From NCBI RefSeq assembly GCF_006345805.1, contig NC_043005.1:67394001-67458000 (forward strand): DNA of 64,000 nucleotides, in the 5' to 3' direction. Shown here in pieces: positions 27,697 to 42,406 of this stretch. The notes below the pieces were generated by a model. The model ran no database searches and was not told where the DNA came from. It saw nothing but the letters and a program-made list of their open reading frames with translations. Positions within the stretch are counted from its first letter, which is position 1; each line of letters begins with the position of its first letter. The translations under genes and the position numbers were made by a program. The DNA is from Octopus sinensis. Taxonomy: Eukaryota.

Positions 27697-27731
27697 ATAT
27701 ATATGTATACATGGATAATAATCTATATTCA

Positions 27732-27794
<63 letters not shown>

Positions 27795-28174
27795 CACACA
27801 TGAACACGCACATATATATATATATATATTATATATATATATATAGGTTTTTAATTTTTACATTGAACTTATGTTTGACATAATAATGGTGATATATACT
27901 GGTAATGATAGTGGTAAATTTCACAATAAATTATTAAGTCCCGCAAAGTTTATATAGATAGGCGGTTTAATTTGACGTGTCTATGAAATACTCTATGAAA
28001 CACACACACACACACACACACATACACACACGTCCCCCCCCCACACACACATATACATATATTGCTATTGTATTTTTAGGTGTTTAATATTATGAAATTT
28101 CTTATGAATTTTTTTTTTATTTTATAATTTTGTAATTTAAAAAAAATTTAATTTTGTAAAAATATATTCAGAAG

Positions 28175-28226
<52 letters not shown>

Positions 28227-28417
28227 TTACTTTTAAAGAAGATATCTTAGAATTTGTAGGACTAAGTTAGATTCGTTAATAATAATAAGAAAAATAGCCT
28301 GAGGACGCACCGGCGGATTTATGTATTAGGTATAGCCTGGTAAAACAAACCACCAGAGTAGAAACACGGGTAGCATTGATTAATATTGTCTTCTTTCCCC
28401 ACAGACTAATAACAGGT

Positions 28418-28520
<103 letters not shown>

Positions 28521-28573
28521 TGAGGGAATAAAAGATATATGTATATATGTATCTATGTGTGTATATATATATA

Positions 28574-28704
28574 TTTTGCGTAATGACATAAAAAATAACA
28601 AGTCTGTGTAGATATTAGAACATTTATAGGTAGAAGGTACCTTCTATCTATAAATGATCTAATATCTACACAGCCCTGTTTTTTTTTTATATCATTACGC
28701 AAAA
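28574..28704. repeat. 131-bp near-perfect palindrome with no spacer
   Basis: Centred on GGTACC (28636-41); the inner 35-bp arms have 2 mismatches. Confidence 0.9.
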
Positions 28705-28855
28705 AATTCTTATATACACACGTTGGCATATAATCAACGTTGAACCTCTTATTCGCAAAATCACCGAATCTGGAACTTAACTATGGTCTGTCTATAGCAC
28801 TTATTCAGCATCACCTGACACCTTTGGGTCTCAATGAGACCACTACCTCTGATAA

Positions 28856-28890
<35 letters not shown>

Positions 28891-29187
28891 GACATTATAT
28901 AGAATATCGTTAAATATTCAGTCAAGGATTATCTCTTCAAAATTAATATATTAAACTAATGTATCTTGGATAAATGTCCCTATAACAGGTTTGAATATCC
29001 TCATTGTGAATATATATATAATGCGTATTATGAAGTGTACATATATACATACGTATACGTATAATATTTTATATTTATTTATATATGTGTGAATATATAT
29101 GCATTTATATACATGTGTATATACATATGAGTGTGTGTGCGTGAGGGTGTAGATGACTGCAGCCGCATGGCTGAAGCAAATAAAACA

Positions 29188-29282
<95 letters not shown>

Positions 29283-29666
29283 TGTGTGTGTGTATGTATA
29301 TATATGATATTTACTATACGATTATTTGAGACAGATACATTAATATATTTCAGTGACTACTTACTTCAGCCAGAGTTTTGTTTGTGCGTGGGTGTATGTA
29401 TTTACGCAAATGAGTACGCACACCTACATATATAAAGTCTCACGTACATATAGTTGTATAAGTAAGAATATATGTGTATATATAGTGTCTAGTTATGCAT
29501 ATGTATATATTTACATATATTCAATTACATATCGACTAATCCTGTCAATTTAATATACTTGGTGGGAGTGAAAGGCACGTTTGTCTATCTACGTTTATAT
29601 ACCTGTATGTATATACATATACATACTTATATATACATACATATATATATATATACTTGTATAAAT

Positions 29667-29704
<38 letters not shown>

Positions 29705-30116
29705 GTATATACTCGTGTAACTACATACATATATATATATATATATGTGTATATATATATATGCACACACACATATATGTTGTGTGTATGTATGCATTAT
29801 CTGAGTATGTATCTACATTATTATGCATCGCTATACTCTTTTGTGCGTGTGAATATATAGGCACACATATATCCAGAAAGACAGACGGACATACAGACAG
29901 TCAAACATATTTTCTTGTATGAACATCTATGTATGTGCGTGTGGTATGTAGATAGGATAGTAAAATGTGGTGGAAAAGACATAGAAAAAGAGATTTTTGA
30001 AACAATAATGTGGCACGTATAATCAAATTTCAATATTCTTGCTTTCCCTCCCTCTCACTCCCTCTCTCTCTTTCTGTATAGATAGAAAAAGGTCGGAAAA
30101 CAATAGCTGTCGTCAT

Positions 30117-30130
30117 GTTGCTATGGCAAC
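30117..30130. promoter_or_regulatory. RFX X-box GTTGCTATGGCAAC
   Basis: Exact match to the GTHNYYATRRNAAC consensus, in unique DNA, with a CCAAT box (~30168) and an ETS-like CGGAAG (~30263) nearby. Confidence 0.6.
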
Positions 30131-30791
30131 TCACCATGTACTTACTAAACTGTGAAGTGGATGCTAGCCAATGAAATACGTTCTGCAACTAAAGAATTAT
30201 TACACTGAACGAATATGAATACTACTGTGCAGACGATTGGATTAGAATGAAAGAAAAAATGACGGAAGCTTCACCCAATAATTCAAAGCGCATGTGTAAA
30301 GTATACGTACAGCTGTTTAAGAAATGTCTATAGCTGTATTCGTTATTGCAAGCTGATCACTTCTTATTCTGAATTTAATATTTTGCAGATGTTTAAACAA
30401 TGGGAAAAAATTATTTAAATAAAAAGGAGCGGGCTAAAAATAAGAAATATCATTTTACTTTTATTTTGTTTGTTTGTTTGTTTGTTTGTGTATATTGGTT
30501 GCCGATTTGAGTCATACTTTCATCTTAATGTCAGTAAGATTTGTACTAAAAAAGGTACTTCTGTTTGAGTCATGACCACTATTTTCCCTTTGTTTTAAAT
30601 TTCTACAACGGTTAAATGATGCCGACTGAACTCCATACTTTGATGTCTGAAACTAAACAATTTTTTTGCCATTTATTCAGACATTATTTTATCTCAACCG
30701 ATTTCACTAACTTGTATCAATAGAATTAGTGGAAGTTTGATCCACCGACAACAAAAGACAGATGAGCTCCACTAGTTATATTGTGCTCTAG

Positions 30792-30893
30792 GTATACAGC
30801 ATATACTTGAATTCTTCAACACGATTTCTTCTTATACAGAAGAATCAGTTGTCATAATCGGCTCACTTATTATGGTCTCACAATTACTTTGGA
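30792..30893 (+). CDS. Candidate plus-strand exon (102 nt, phase 1-1): IQHILEFFNTISSYTEESVVIIGSLIMVSQLLW
   Basis: Acceptor attgtgctctag|G and donor GGA|gttagt; only one frame is open. Confidence 0.35.
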
Positions 30894-32584
30894 GTTAGTT
30901 AAGCTGTTACTCTTATGGCGCCCATGCAAATATTTCAGTCTGCGTACGCTAAAGCAATAGAATCAATTTATTCAACCTTCACTTAGTACCCATTTTGCGA
31001 GGAAACCGCAATGATAATCAGTTACTTAAAATAGATACTTAAAATTTATCCTTAGTTTGATTGCATTCGTCTTTTAGTTATTGAGAATATAACGTAGCTA
31101 TTACAAACCTGAGCAGGTCAAGACATAACCATGATAAAACAAGAGTCAATACTCCTGAAAACGTTTTAAAATTGTGTATCCTGACTCCTGGTTAAGTACC
31201 TAGTTTTTATTCACGTCAAACACAACACGTAAAAATGTTGGCTAAGGACATTGTGGAGTGTCGTTTTTATACAAATTATAAAACTTAGTGAGAGATACGG
31301 TTACGCATCAAGATTATTTTATATATGATTAAAGATTATAGCAGATAATATAATAGTTTTATAATGTAGTTTTATAACTGTAGGTGAAGAAAGTAAATTA
31401 TATAATCATAAAAAATGTAAATAATTATACAAATATTAATTGCAGTTAGTTATTTCAGCATCTCCGACAGAAGTGCAAATGCTTCATCGGGAGTCGGTGT
31501 AGACAGTGCACAGAGAAGCAGAAAGTAACATATTTTTCTTGATCAAACCCAATTCACGGCTCTCGTCAGTTGATTGGCTGATTTTATGTAATTACGTATT
31601 GGTAAATAACTATTTTTCACCGATAATTTTCTGACAATGCTAACCATATTTAATGCCTGTATATGTGTATAATGTTTTTCCACCACTCTTTTTATTTTAT
31701 TTTTTTTTTTACATATGTATGTGATTTCCATGTGTCATTGTAACTTCATTTTGTAACGGAAAATTATATGTATATAGCTTGAAAACAAAACAATTGCGAG
31801 GGTTATTATTACTAAATTTTCACTTACGTCTTCACTGTAAATAAAATGTAGTCAAATCAACGAAATTTAGAGATTCGACACTGTACAAAACATTTAAAAT
31901 ATTTTGACAAACTGTGTCGGTTAATTGGTCTTGGTTGCTTCTTCTTTCCGATTGTACATACAACCTATAGCAACCAATCGTCTTCCATAGAACATCAAAG
32001 TAATTCATCTCCTTCTCTACTTGCGTAATTGATAATAAGGTTATTTGCGAATTCGTAATGTTTAATTTTGTTTGCGTGCATTGCTTAAGGTGACCTGTGG
32101 ACCTACAAATCAATAGGGTAACGTAAAAGCAGCCAAAGAATCTGAAGTTCGAGGTGTGCTAGTAGAACTAAGATGTGAGTGGCTCTTTCTCTTTATAATT
32201 ATGTACGATAAGGTGAAATGATTCTCTCGTGTAAGTAGCAGTAGTACTAAGGAAATGAAGAATATTGCGTGTGTTTGCACGGCTCCGTTTAATCCCTCTA
32301 CTAGATATGGTTAGTATACTTACTGACATTGTGCTTGCTTCTATGAATCGATTATTTGACAACTAATACGACTGAGAATATTTTTTAGTCTGTACAGATA
32401 CTTGTAAATAGATGTTTGCTTTGGTTTATAATGTCCCGAATCTTCGGGTATCTATTCTCCCAGTGTATAGTACATTTGAAACGCACATTCATATTGGCAT
32501 TATACTATAAATTAACACAAATTAATTTACGGGTTTTGTTTCCGTTCACTGTTATTTAATTAATTAATTTATTTCATTATCTAT

Positions 32585-33000
32585 CTCTTTTACTCTTTTA
32601 CTCTTTTACTTGTTACAGTCATCTGACTGCGGCCATCCTGGAGCACCGCCATTAGTCGAGCAAATCGACCCCAGGACTTATTCTTTGTAAGCCTAGTACT
32701 TAGCCTATCGGTCTGTTTTGCCGAACCGCTAAGTTACGGGAACGTAAACGCACCAACATCGGTTGTAAAGCAATGTTAGGAGGACAAATATAGACACCCC
32801 AACACAAACACATATATATATATATATACATATATACGACGGGCATCTTTCAGTTTCTGTCTACCAAATCCACGCACACGGCTTTGATCGGCCCGAGGCT
32901 ATAGTAGAAGACACTTGCCGAAGGTGCTACACAGTGGGACTGAAGCCGGAACTATGTGGTTGGTAAGCAAGCTACTTACCACACAGCCACTCATACGCTT
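32585..33000 (-). mobile_element. SINE family A
   Basis: Full copy with (GAGTAAAA)n tail. Confidence 0.85.
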
Positions 33001-33612
33001 ATATATATATATATGTATTCATTTTCTTTCAAATTTTATGTGCCCATGAATCGAAAGTGATTACGCTTCTTCCAATCTCTATATAATTTTAATGGTCTTC
33101 ATTTATTTATCTGTAAGGGATCAATGTATTTATAATAGTTAATTGTAACTGATACTATTTTTCCTTATTATACAACGTAAGATTTTCTTAGATCCGAAAT
33201 TTACTTTAAATATTCTCTCGAAATATTGACATCCTGTTCAATTTTGAAGAGAGGGCATTGTACATTTACAATGAGTAACACGAAGATACATTCGGGCTTT
33301 TTTTAGCTTTTCCTTTTTCAGTTTAGTTTTAGGAAACAAATAAATTCATTACTCTGTACAGTTTTGCGCCTTTATATTCAAATAACTAGTCTTCGAAGGT
33401 CTTCTTTATCATGCCAGTATAAATATCGATAATATCGATAAATATCTATAATGCTTTGCCATCATCAACTGTAACTCTCTTCAGGATATTTATAGCTAAG
33501 TGTTGATATATGAAATGATAATACCACTACGATTAGAAGCTATTTATGTGTCGATACAAAAGGTATTGTTATATATATATATTTGGGCTGAATGAAGATC
33601 TTCCAATTCTAG

Positions 33613-33704
33613 ATGTTGCAGCAAGTATTGCATTGTTGGTGATGAGTCAACTCTCTTCAAGCACACCTACGATGAAAATGATTCATGACTACCCGGATTC
33701 TAAG
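33613..33704 (+). CDS. Candidate plus-strand exon (92 nt, phase 1-0): [30 protein letters not shown]
   Basis: Acceptor ttccaattctag|A and donor AAG|gtaata; only one frame is open. Confidence 0.3.
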
Positions 33705-33858
33705 GTAATATACGTATGTGCGCATCGCTGTGGTGTTTTACACAAACACACAACCATACACACACACATAAACACACACACATTTATACATACAAACATA
33801 TACACACAAACACACACACATACGTGCATATGTATGTTACATATGTATCATATATGTC

Positions 33859-33931
<73 letters not shown>

Positions 33932-33957
33932 TATATATATACACGATATATATATAC

Positions 33958-34007
<50 letters not shown>

Positions 34008-37007
34008 GTAAATGTAAAACAAATGTATTGGAAATACAAAAACGACAAGGAAAAAGCTTAAAACGTTTATTGAGTGCACAAACGTGCGGAAGATATATAC
34101 TGAATGTCCCCAATTCTTCATACGTCATCAACCTAATGGTATTAATCATTTTTGTTCTACTGAGATGCTTTCCATACTGGTAGTACCCGTGAGAGTTCCG
34201 GAGAATATAGGGCCGAGAGCAAACAATCCTTGAATAACAACCGATACAGAAGTGGACATAGGAAAGTGAATAAATGTAATATAAAAACAATTGACGAAGG
34301 ACAAAGACGAAATATATAAGGTTGCTATATAATAATATCTATAGGAGATTTGCTTTTGAGGGTTAAAAATGCGCCTGAGTCTTAAAACAAGTTGTATTTT
34401 TAAATTTTGCACCAAATTTATTAGAATAACAAGCACGTTTTAATCATTTGCATTTTCAATGGTAAATGAAAAAAAAATTTATATGAGATAGAAAGTACAA
34501 GGGAAAATTAGGAAAAAAAAACATACTTAGGAAACCAAATGTTCATACCAATTCTAATAGTCAATAAATTTCAGAGAAACAATAATAACAGTTGAAATGT
34601 TCGATGAATTTCATAAGAGACAACATTCATTATAGAAATTTCACTAACATTTGATTGTATTAACAATAAGATACAACGAAGTTTTAAAAGAATATAAAAA
34701 TGAACGAAAAATTACTTTTACAATTTCTATCGTTGTTCATAAAGGAAGATTTTTCCTAAAAATTTCATGCCTTGTATAAAGGATTATTATTATTATTATT
34801 AACATTGCTGCTATTTGTTGTTGTTGTTTTTAATGTTGCAGTTGGTAATTTGGTTGTTGTTGAATTTTTATCATGTCGGGCAAAATGATTCGCAGCATTT
34901 CGTTCATGTCTACGTTCTTTATTCAAATTCCGCGGAGTTCGACTTTGCCTTTCATCCCTTCGGAGTCGATAAATTAAGTATCACTGAAAGATGTCTATAG
35001 TAGAGAGGATTATTATTAAAGGTGACGTGCTGGTAGAATGGTTAGCACGCTGGATAATATGCGTAGTTGCACTACATCTGTCTTTACGTTCTGAGTTCAA
35101 AATTTGCCGAGGTTGACTTGCCTTTTCGTTCTTCTTAGATTACAAATTTAAATATGATTTGAACTCTGGGACCGATGTAACAAAAGGTCTGTTAATATGG
35201 AACATTTTGGTGAAAGATCAGGAGATAACAACGTTGTTCTCATCAGAGTGGTGTTTGTAGTCTACAATCAATTACGGAAGTTCGTGAGAGGGGAAAGTAA
35301 TTCCTCTTTGCGAGGAATAGAACACAGCGGGCTTCGTTAGAGCAGCAGGGTTATATTGGAGGTAGTCTTTGTCAGATATTTTAAGTGAAATGTCTTTCAT
35401 TTAAGAGTGGAGTGGCCTGTAGCCTTATATGAGTCATTTTGAAACAGGGATCGGAACGAAATCGCATGTATATCAGTATTTGATACGATAGTTCTCCAGA
35501 ATTTGGGAGGAAGAAACACTAGGGTCAATGTCAGGAGCAATGGTGACGTGATGCTATCGACTCGTGGATAGTTGTCTGTTTCATAGCATAATATGCGTAG
35601 GTGTCAGTGCAGATGTAAGATTTAGTAATATGTGTTCGATGGAGGGAGTCAATTAGCGCGAATATACGAGTTCTAATGACTCCACTTAACCACTGAGCAA
35701 CTGTAAACTGTGTCCTGCAAAAATTACTCAGAGGAAAATCATAACATTCAAGGTTCAAGTAGGCAACCTATGTGTTAGACATTGTAGAATTTCATGATCC
35801 TTGGGCAAAACCATGCACTAGAAATAATACCGTTCATATTACAAGGAGCGAACAACAAGACCTCAAAACTCCTCTCAAACCTAGAACCGAGGAATATAAA
35901 AAAATGTACCCACTGCAATCATAAAAACAGTGAATACTAAGCGACCAGGAAGTGGTTCATATAGTAGCACCATTGTGTCCATTCATGCAGTTCGGGACCA
36001 GGCGGATGCCAATAAGAATAATCAGGCGCCCTATAGACAGCGGGAAAAAACACAACGGAAAAACATTCTGCTATGAGATGTGATACATTTCTAGCGAATA
36101 AAGAAATCTCTCTCTGCCGAGGAAGAAATTATCTATTGAAGGAGTACCAAGCTCCAAAATGGAATTTCCTAAGAATAGCAAATTTCTGATAATTTACGTA
36201 TACAATATTAATAAGAAATATCCAGAATAGATCGGGAAGCAAATGGGATCTCATTTTAAACAGCATAAAAAAGAAGCAATAATTGAACAAGATTCGGATA
36301 GGTTTTACAATGTATTGTATTTCAGCGATGCCTAAAATACAGCTGATCACTATAAAAAAAAATACTCTTCATAGAAGATTCAAGAATCTTACATGAAGTG
36401 TAATAAGGAATATGAGGTACAGCGATGAAAGCACGTGGTAGCTTAATTTTTATATAAATATCTCATTAATTATTGCGATCTTACCATATTCATTTATACA
36501 TTTTTCTGTAAATATTTGTGCTTCATTAAATTTTAAATTCTTCCAGTAATAGATTATATGTCTTTCAGCTACCTCGCCGTCTTTGTATAGCATCTTTGTA
36601 TCACCCTACACGTTATTTTAACCTCCATGTTTAACGATTCTAAAACTTGTGGCTAATAAAGAAATGACGATCGTCGTCATCATCCTTATCATCATCAACA
36701 TCAAAAGCATCATCATCAGCATCTCTATTGCTGTTGTTGTTGCTGCCACTGCTATATCTTTTAGATGTTGAAACCAGATTGTTCCAGGAATTCTCAAGCG
36801 TAAGTGAAGGAATCGCGTTTTATTTTGGATGTTATCTCAAATAAAGATTATTATTTGAAACCTTTCGAACGTTGACCCCACCCGGGGGCGATACAAAGTG
36901 TTTTTTTTAAATAATTCTATTGTTATTTGATTGTTGAACTACAATTAAATGATGTCATTCGGGAATGCCTAGAAAACACGTTTCACTGAACAATGCAAAC
37001 ACGTTAC

Positions 37008-37122
<115 letters not shown>

Positions 37123-38599
37123 GGATAGAGATGAATATTAGCGAACAAAGAAACAAATTGTAAAACATGAAGAAACTTTTCAAAAATGTATAATATAGCG
37201 AAGAATATATTTGGAAAGAACATCCACGTGTTTAACGCTAATTCAAGCGCCTTCGTTCTCGTGTATTACTTTGAAAAATGTTGGTAAAGGATATGACATT
37301 TTGATAAAAGCTTAAGATGGTAACACTTTGTCCACGAGAACGTTGTAAGGCGTGAGAGGTAGGGAGTAACATCTCGTGCTAAAACCACGATGGAATTCCT
37401 AGTTCTACCAAATGTAGATCTGGAGAGAGCCCTACAAGGCACGTTAAATGAAATCTCGTATATGAGGATGGAGAGGGTTATCCCGCCACATACATCATCT
37501 TCAAAACAGAAGAACAAGTGAACGTGCAACATAATAAGATATTCAAATGCTTATATATATATGTCTTGCCACGTATGTAATCTCGATATTCTACACAGCC
37601 TCGCCTGCGCTAGACATACATACATACATGCATACATATATACATGTATATGTATGCGCGCGCACGTGTGCGTGAAGCCATCAGTGTGACCACCATTTGA
37701 AGGATATGCACAATCGAGATTATTTTCGCTGACTGCAAGGTGTACTAATTACATACTAGGTTTATATGTGGACCAGAGTAACAAAGTTACTTCAGTAATG
37801 TAAGAACCTTGAGTTACGGATGCATGATGTTTCTTGACCCAGGTGTTAATTCGGAAGTGGAGGTGGGCATGAGCAGCAAGGAAGACAATGCCTTCAGACA
37901 ATTGGCTGTCTAAACACCTGCAGGACAGTGAAGCATTATTTCTTCGTGAGTTTAAAAGTTTTCTTGGTAAAGTCCCGCGCTTAAGTTCAAGTGGAAGATT
38001 GAAACGATAATTTAGTCGTAGTTAACTTATGTGAGATTATGTGATGGGAGAGATGGGAGTAAATTTCTCGCAAATATATCCAGACATTACCTATTCTCTG
38101 ATAGGCACTGAATGGATTTCTTGGATGCACTGCTTTTGAGATGAGGAAATTGCAGCTGTTCCTTCAGATCGTGTCTAAATTTCAGGTAGGTCTACGTCTA
38201 CGCTGAGGAATATTGTACTTTAACGTGCGTGTCCACGATATCAACTACAAGACCAGAAACTTGGGATGCTGTCACATAACTCCATATAATCTCACAATGC
38301 TATCACATAACTTCATGTAGATCTCACAATACTATCGCATAACGTCATATAAACCAAAGCTACGACTAAAATACCATTTCAGTCTCCCACTAGTACTTAA
38401 GAGCAGAGTTTAACAGGAAAACATTTAGACACATGAAGAAATAATGCAACCCTATTCCTGAGAGAGTTCAGATAGTCACTTATCTCACACAGTGGGCCCA
38501 AGCTACTGGAGGCCACATCCATCATTCCTGCTCTGCAGACCCTAGACTGAGAGGGTTAGTGTATTAGGGACGATCGACGTTAGGCAATCTTCAAAATGT

Positions 38600-39495
38600 G
38601 TTCACGAATCGAATTTAAAAGTACTGTTAGATTAGAACCGATAATTTATAGCAACAACAGAGGAATAGCAAACTAATACATCAGGGATGGAGAGGTTAGA
38701 AAATTACAAAAAGTAATAAGGAAATAGTCGACACGTATTACATGAAGGTTAGGTTCTTAGAGCCAAGACACAAAGGAACGAAATCCGTTTTATTTGCATC
38801 CATTGTGACAGAGGCACGGTGTGTCAAAGTCCTAAATTTGGTTTTTGATAAACTGGGGTGGACGTTAAATAGAGACTGTAGCGTGTGTAGTGCTTATTTT
38901 GACATCATATCGGGGCACTAGACAGATTTTATAGCATAGAGCAGAAAGCCCTCGTAATAGCAACTGACATAGGAATGGCAAAGACTGTAAATCGTATGAG
39001 TTTTACATATATCAATGGTAAAATTGTTCCTAGTGGGAGAATATGCAGATCTATAAGACGGAATTGGTAAGACTGTTGAGAAACAACGTAGTAAAGGGAG
39101 AGATAATTTATTTAATTATGATACATAATTTTATAGACTTTGAGATTTTAGCCAAGTCATTAGGAATGAAATTGGCGCGTATCTTCCGAAAAGTTCAGAC
39201 CAATGCAGTTTTGAGATTTATTCTTGTCTACTTTCATAGTAAAGGGTAAATCCTAGAGAAGGTGGATAACAGGTCTGGCTTCTTTGTGGTGCTGGTCAAT
39301 TTAGCATTTGGTTTCGTCAGAGTAATCTAGGACCTGTACGGTTTCTTGATCGGGCATAAGTAGCTTTCTTCTTTATAGGAATACTATTCTTTTGGTATTT
39401 TTGTTATCGCTTTTTATTGTTTTCTTTCTGCATGTTTTTTATATAAACCTACCGTTTAATATCGTGTTCCATTGTCTTTAAACCTTTGTGGCTAA
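38600..39495 (+). mobile_element. Highly decayed Tx1-like 3' fragment
   Basis: Patchy nucleotide similarity to the end of ORF2 and the 3' UTR of the young Tx1. Ends TGTGGCTAATAAA. Confidence 0.4.
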
Positions 39496-40026
39496 TAAAT
39501 AAGTAAATGGTTATTGAGGACATCAGACTGGTTGCTTCCTTCTTTATTAATAGAGTCTAGAATTTATATTCATATATTCATTGAAAGTTTATCAAGTGGT
39601 AATAAACTTGCGACGATTTCATGATATGTATTTCAGTGTATTTCTGTAAGTGTATTTGTAAATGTGTGCACGTATTCTCGATTTACACTCGCGTATTTTA
39701 AATGTGCTTTTTTATCTCTGTACGTTTTGAATTTTCTGTCTTAGCAAACATTCCGTCTAAGCTGGCACGAATCATACGGAAAAGATTTCAATACAGTTTG
39801 TTAATTAGATGTAATACTTACTTTGTAATATATGTCACGAAGGAAAACTTTTGATCCGGTAAAACAATATTCACCTCCTTCGGTTATTCGGTGAACGTTA
39901 TCAAATATACTAACGCTATGTAGCAAAAAAAATGCGTGTGATTAACTTCACATATCTCTTAATTATATCGACATCTGTATTGCTGAGAGATATAAGATAG
40001 CATTTCTTTTCAGTGCGTAGTAAAAG

Positions 40027-41280
40027 TTAAGCCAGTCGTTTTTTACCCTGTCTTCCTGCAATAATTTTTATTGAATTAGCAGTCAATCCGTCAAGGAAAG
40101 ATGTGGAAGACTGCCTGATTGGTAACTGATAATTATGTGACATATTGTTCGACATTTTGCCATTTCTCATGCTGAACTTTTTGGTCTGCTGCTGATAATG
40201 AGGATTTGGCAACGAAAAGAAAGTATGATCAATAGACGGTAAGCTAGATATTTTCTTTTGTATAGAATCATTTTCATTTATCTCTTCTTTTATTTCACTC
40301 CAAATTCTAGAAGATATATTTGCTGCATTTCTTTCTTCACTTTTTCTCATCTCTTTAACTGTTTTTCCTTTTCTTTTGGATCCTCTTCTCAGTACTTTTA
40401 GTTTGTTCTTCGTAGTATTTCCTTCTTTGGCAGCATTATTTACAGATTTTTTTGCATTTTCATTATTTTCTCGAATGACAGCCCCTGATGCAGTCATTTG
40501 CTGTCGAATCATAGTCATTGCAAGTGCCCTTAAAGAATGCACTTTCTTTGGTTGTGTATTATCAGAGTTTATTTCTGTATCCAATAATAGACTTTGAATC
40601 AGAGCATTTTTGTCACGAAGAAGCTGGTTCTTCATATAGATATCTTTTTTCAAATTTATTATATTCTCATCTGAACGAAAAATAAAATCTTTATAAGCAT
40701 TTACAACACTTGGTGCATTTTGCTCGTGTGGACGAAAACCCATATGTGTTAAAATCCATTCATTCCCCTGTTGCATTTCTGTATAGTGTTTTTTAATTTC
40801 CTTGAGCTCAAGAAAAGATCTGTGAAAATTTTCAAAATCTTCCCACAGGAATGCAAATTCATTTTCAACTAAAGCAATTTCTTCTGTATCTTTTGTTCTC
40901 GGTTTCAGTGATATAGTTTGGGAAATGCATTTATGAATATTCCGAAGAAGACTTTCAGCAAATCTTAATTTGCCTGCAATTCGATCTTTTGTGGATTCAT
41001 TTGCATGATTGGACCGGATTTGTATCAATAGATCTTCTGTGTGTTTCGCTTTTAAATTGGCAATTTCTTTTTCAAAAGCGTTTATTTTTAATTGTAGATT
41101 ACAATATTCAGTTTTGTACTGTTCGGTTATTTTTTTCAGTTCTTCAATTTCGGTATTTTTGGCATTGAGGAGGACTTTGAATTCATAAAACTGTTCCAGT
41201 TGTTGATTTTTAACTTCAAGCATCTTCTCTTTCTCAGAATTCTCTTTCTTCCATGCATACATTAATTTTAATTCTTTAAC
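40027..41280 (-). CDS. Large coding exon of an uncharacterised coiled-coil protein
   Basis: 417 open codons of non-repetitive sequence with an E/K/Q/L-rich heptad-like N-terminal half. A pyrimidine-rich acceptor (ttctcttttaag|GTT) lies exactly after ORF codon 20, so the ORF-track ATG is probably intronic. The exon ends at TAA, or at a possible internal donor CAGG|gtaaaa at 40047. Confidence 0.8.
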   Translation of the reverse strand, partial: VKELKLMYAWKKENSEKEKMLEVKNQQLEQFYEFKVLLNAKNTEIEELKKITEQYKTEYCNLQLKINAFEKEIANLKAKHTEDLLIQIRSNHANESTKDRIAGKLRFAESLLRNIHKCISQTISLKPRTKDTEEIALVENEFAFLWEDFENFHRSFLELKEIKKHYTEMQQGNEWILTHMGFRPHEQNAPSVVNAYKDFIFRSDENIINLKKDIYMKNQLLRDKNALIQSLLLDTEINSDNTQPKKVHSLRALAMTMIRQQMTASGAVIRENNENAKKSVNNAAKEGNTTKNKLKVLRRGSKRKGKTVKEMRKSEERNAANISSRIWSEIKEEINENDSIQKKISSLPSIDHTFFSLPNPHYQQQTKKFSMRNGKMSNNMSHNYQLPIRQSSTSFLDGLTANSIKIIAGRQGKKRLA

Positions 41281-41436
41281 CTTAAAAGAGAAAGAGAACA
41301 TAAAAGGATCGTAAAAGAAATTAAGCGTGGGCGGAAGCATTAGTTTTGCACTACTTACGTATTAAACAATTTGGCAGAAGTATCAATGCTACTTATATTT
41401 ATAGTTGTTGCATATACATTAAACAAGTAATTTGTG

Positions 41437-41471
<35 letters not shown>

Positions 41472-41679
41472 AACACACACACATACACGCACACACATAT
41501 ATATCGCAACAAGACCCATCATCTCACGATAAAATAGACCACAAGGCACATCATGATTAACCCTATAGACCACAGCTATTATAGTGACTGAACTGTAGCC
41601 GCGAAAGTGGAGGCCCTCCTTAAAGAATCTTAGTAGATTATATCGACCCAAAAATGTCACTCACCTACCTAACACATCG

Positions 41680-41746
<67 letters not shown>

Positions 41747-42319
41747 TATATAAGAGTATAATATAAGTAACAGCATAAGCATATATACAAATATTGTTAT
41801 ACATGTGGTATAAGACAAGCAAAATTCGATTGAAACTGACCATAATTGTAGTAATAGAAACATCAGAATATTGGGAGCAACCGTGAGAGCTGTAGCTAAG
41901 TGCTTAAGAGCGTTAATTATGAAAATGGACATGCTGGACATTACCCCATGTCAATTGCTCCCTAGGTCCCTGTTAATGGAATCAGTTCCGATTGCGCTTG
42001 TAATGTCTGGGTTGTGTTTGGATGATACGTGACAAGGAAACGTTAGAGAGAAATGAAGCATCATATCAGATGCACAAGGGTATATGTTGATGTACGTGGT
42101 AGCAAGAAAGTCACTGATATATGGCAATTTCATATTCTCTAAAACTCATTAAACATCATAAAAAAGCAGATTATAAATTTATTGTTTGTATCATAGTTTA
42201 AAAGGTTATGCTGAAAAACAACTTGCCTGTTTCGTGTAAATATTGACGCAGTTTCAATTGTATGACTCTACTATAAAATAAATTACATAAGCTTTTCAAA
42301 GAAATTATATTTTTCATAC

Positions 42320-42406
42320 GAGCAACAGATAATTCGTTACAAACTTGAAAGTTATGTCTTGTACAGTGTCAAAAGTCTACCATCACTTTTCTGTTGCTAA
42401 TCCACA
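42320..42406 (-). CDS. Candidate exon; needs one homopolymer T removed to read WISNRKVMVDFDTVQDITFKFVTNYLLL
   Basis: Acceptor aaattcag|T and donor CTC|gtatga. As given, all three frames contain a stop. Confidence 0.25.

Noticed and set aside
28405-28415. 11-nt plus-strand micro-exon with strong splice sites
   Set aside because: It lies antisense within a Penelope-like remnant, where such signals arise by chance, and has no supporting chain.
30390-30450. Tc1-like N-terminus MGKNYLNKKERAK
   Set aside because: Very short, with no following transposase motifs or terminal inverted repeats.
40027-41340. ORF-track start Met at 41340
   Set aside because: The first 20 codons are a pyrimidine tract ending in a splice acceptor, so they are intronic.
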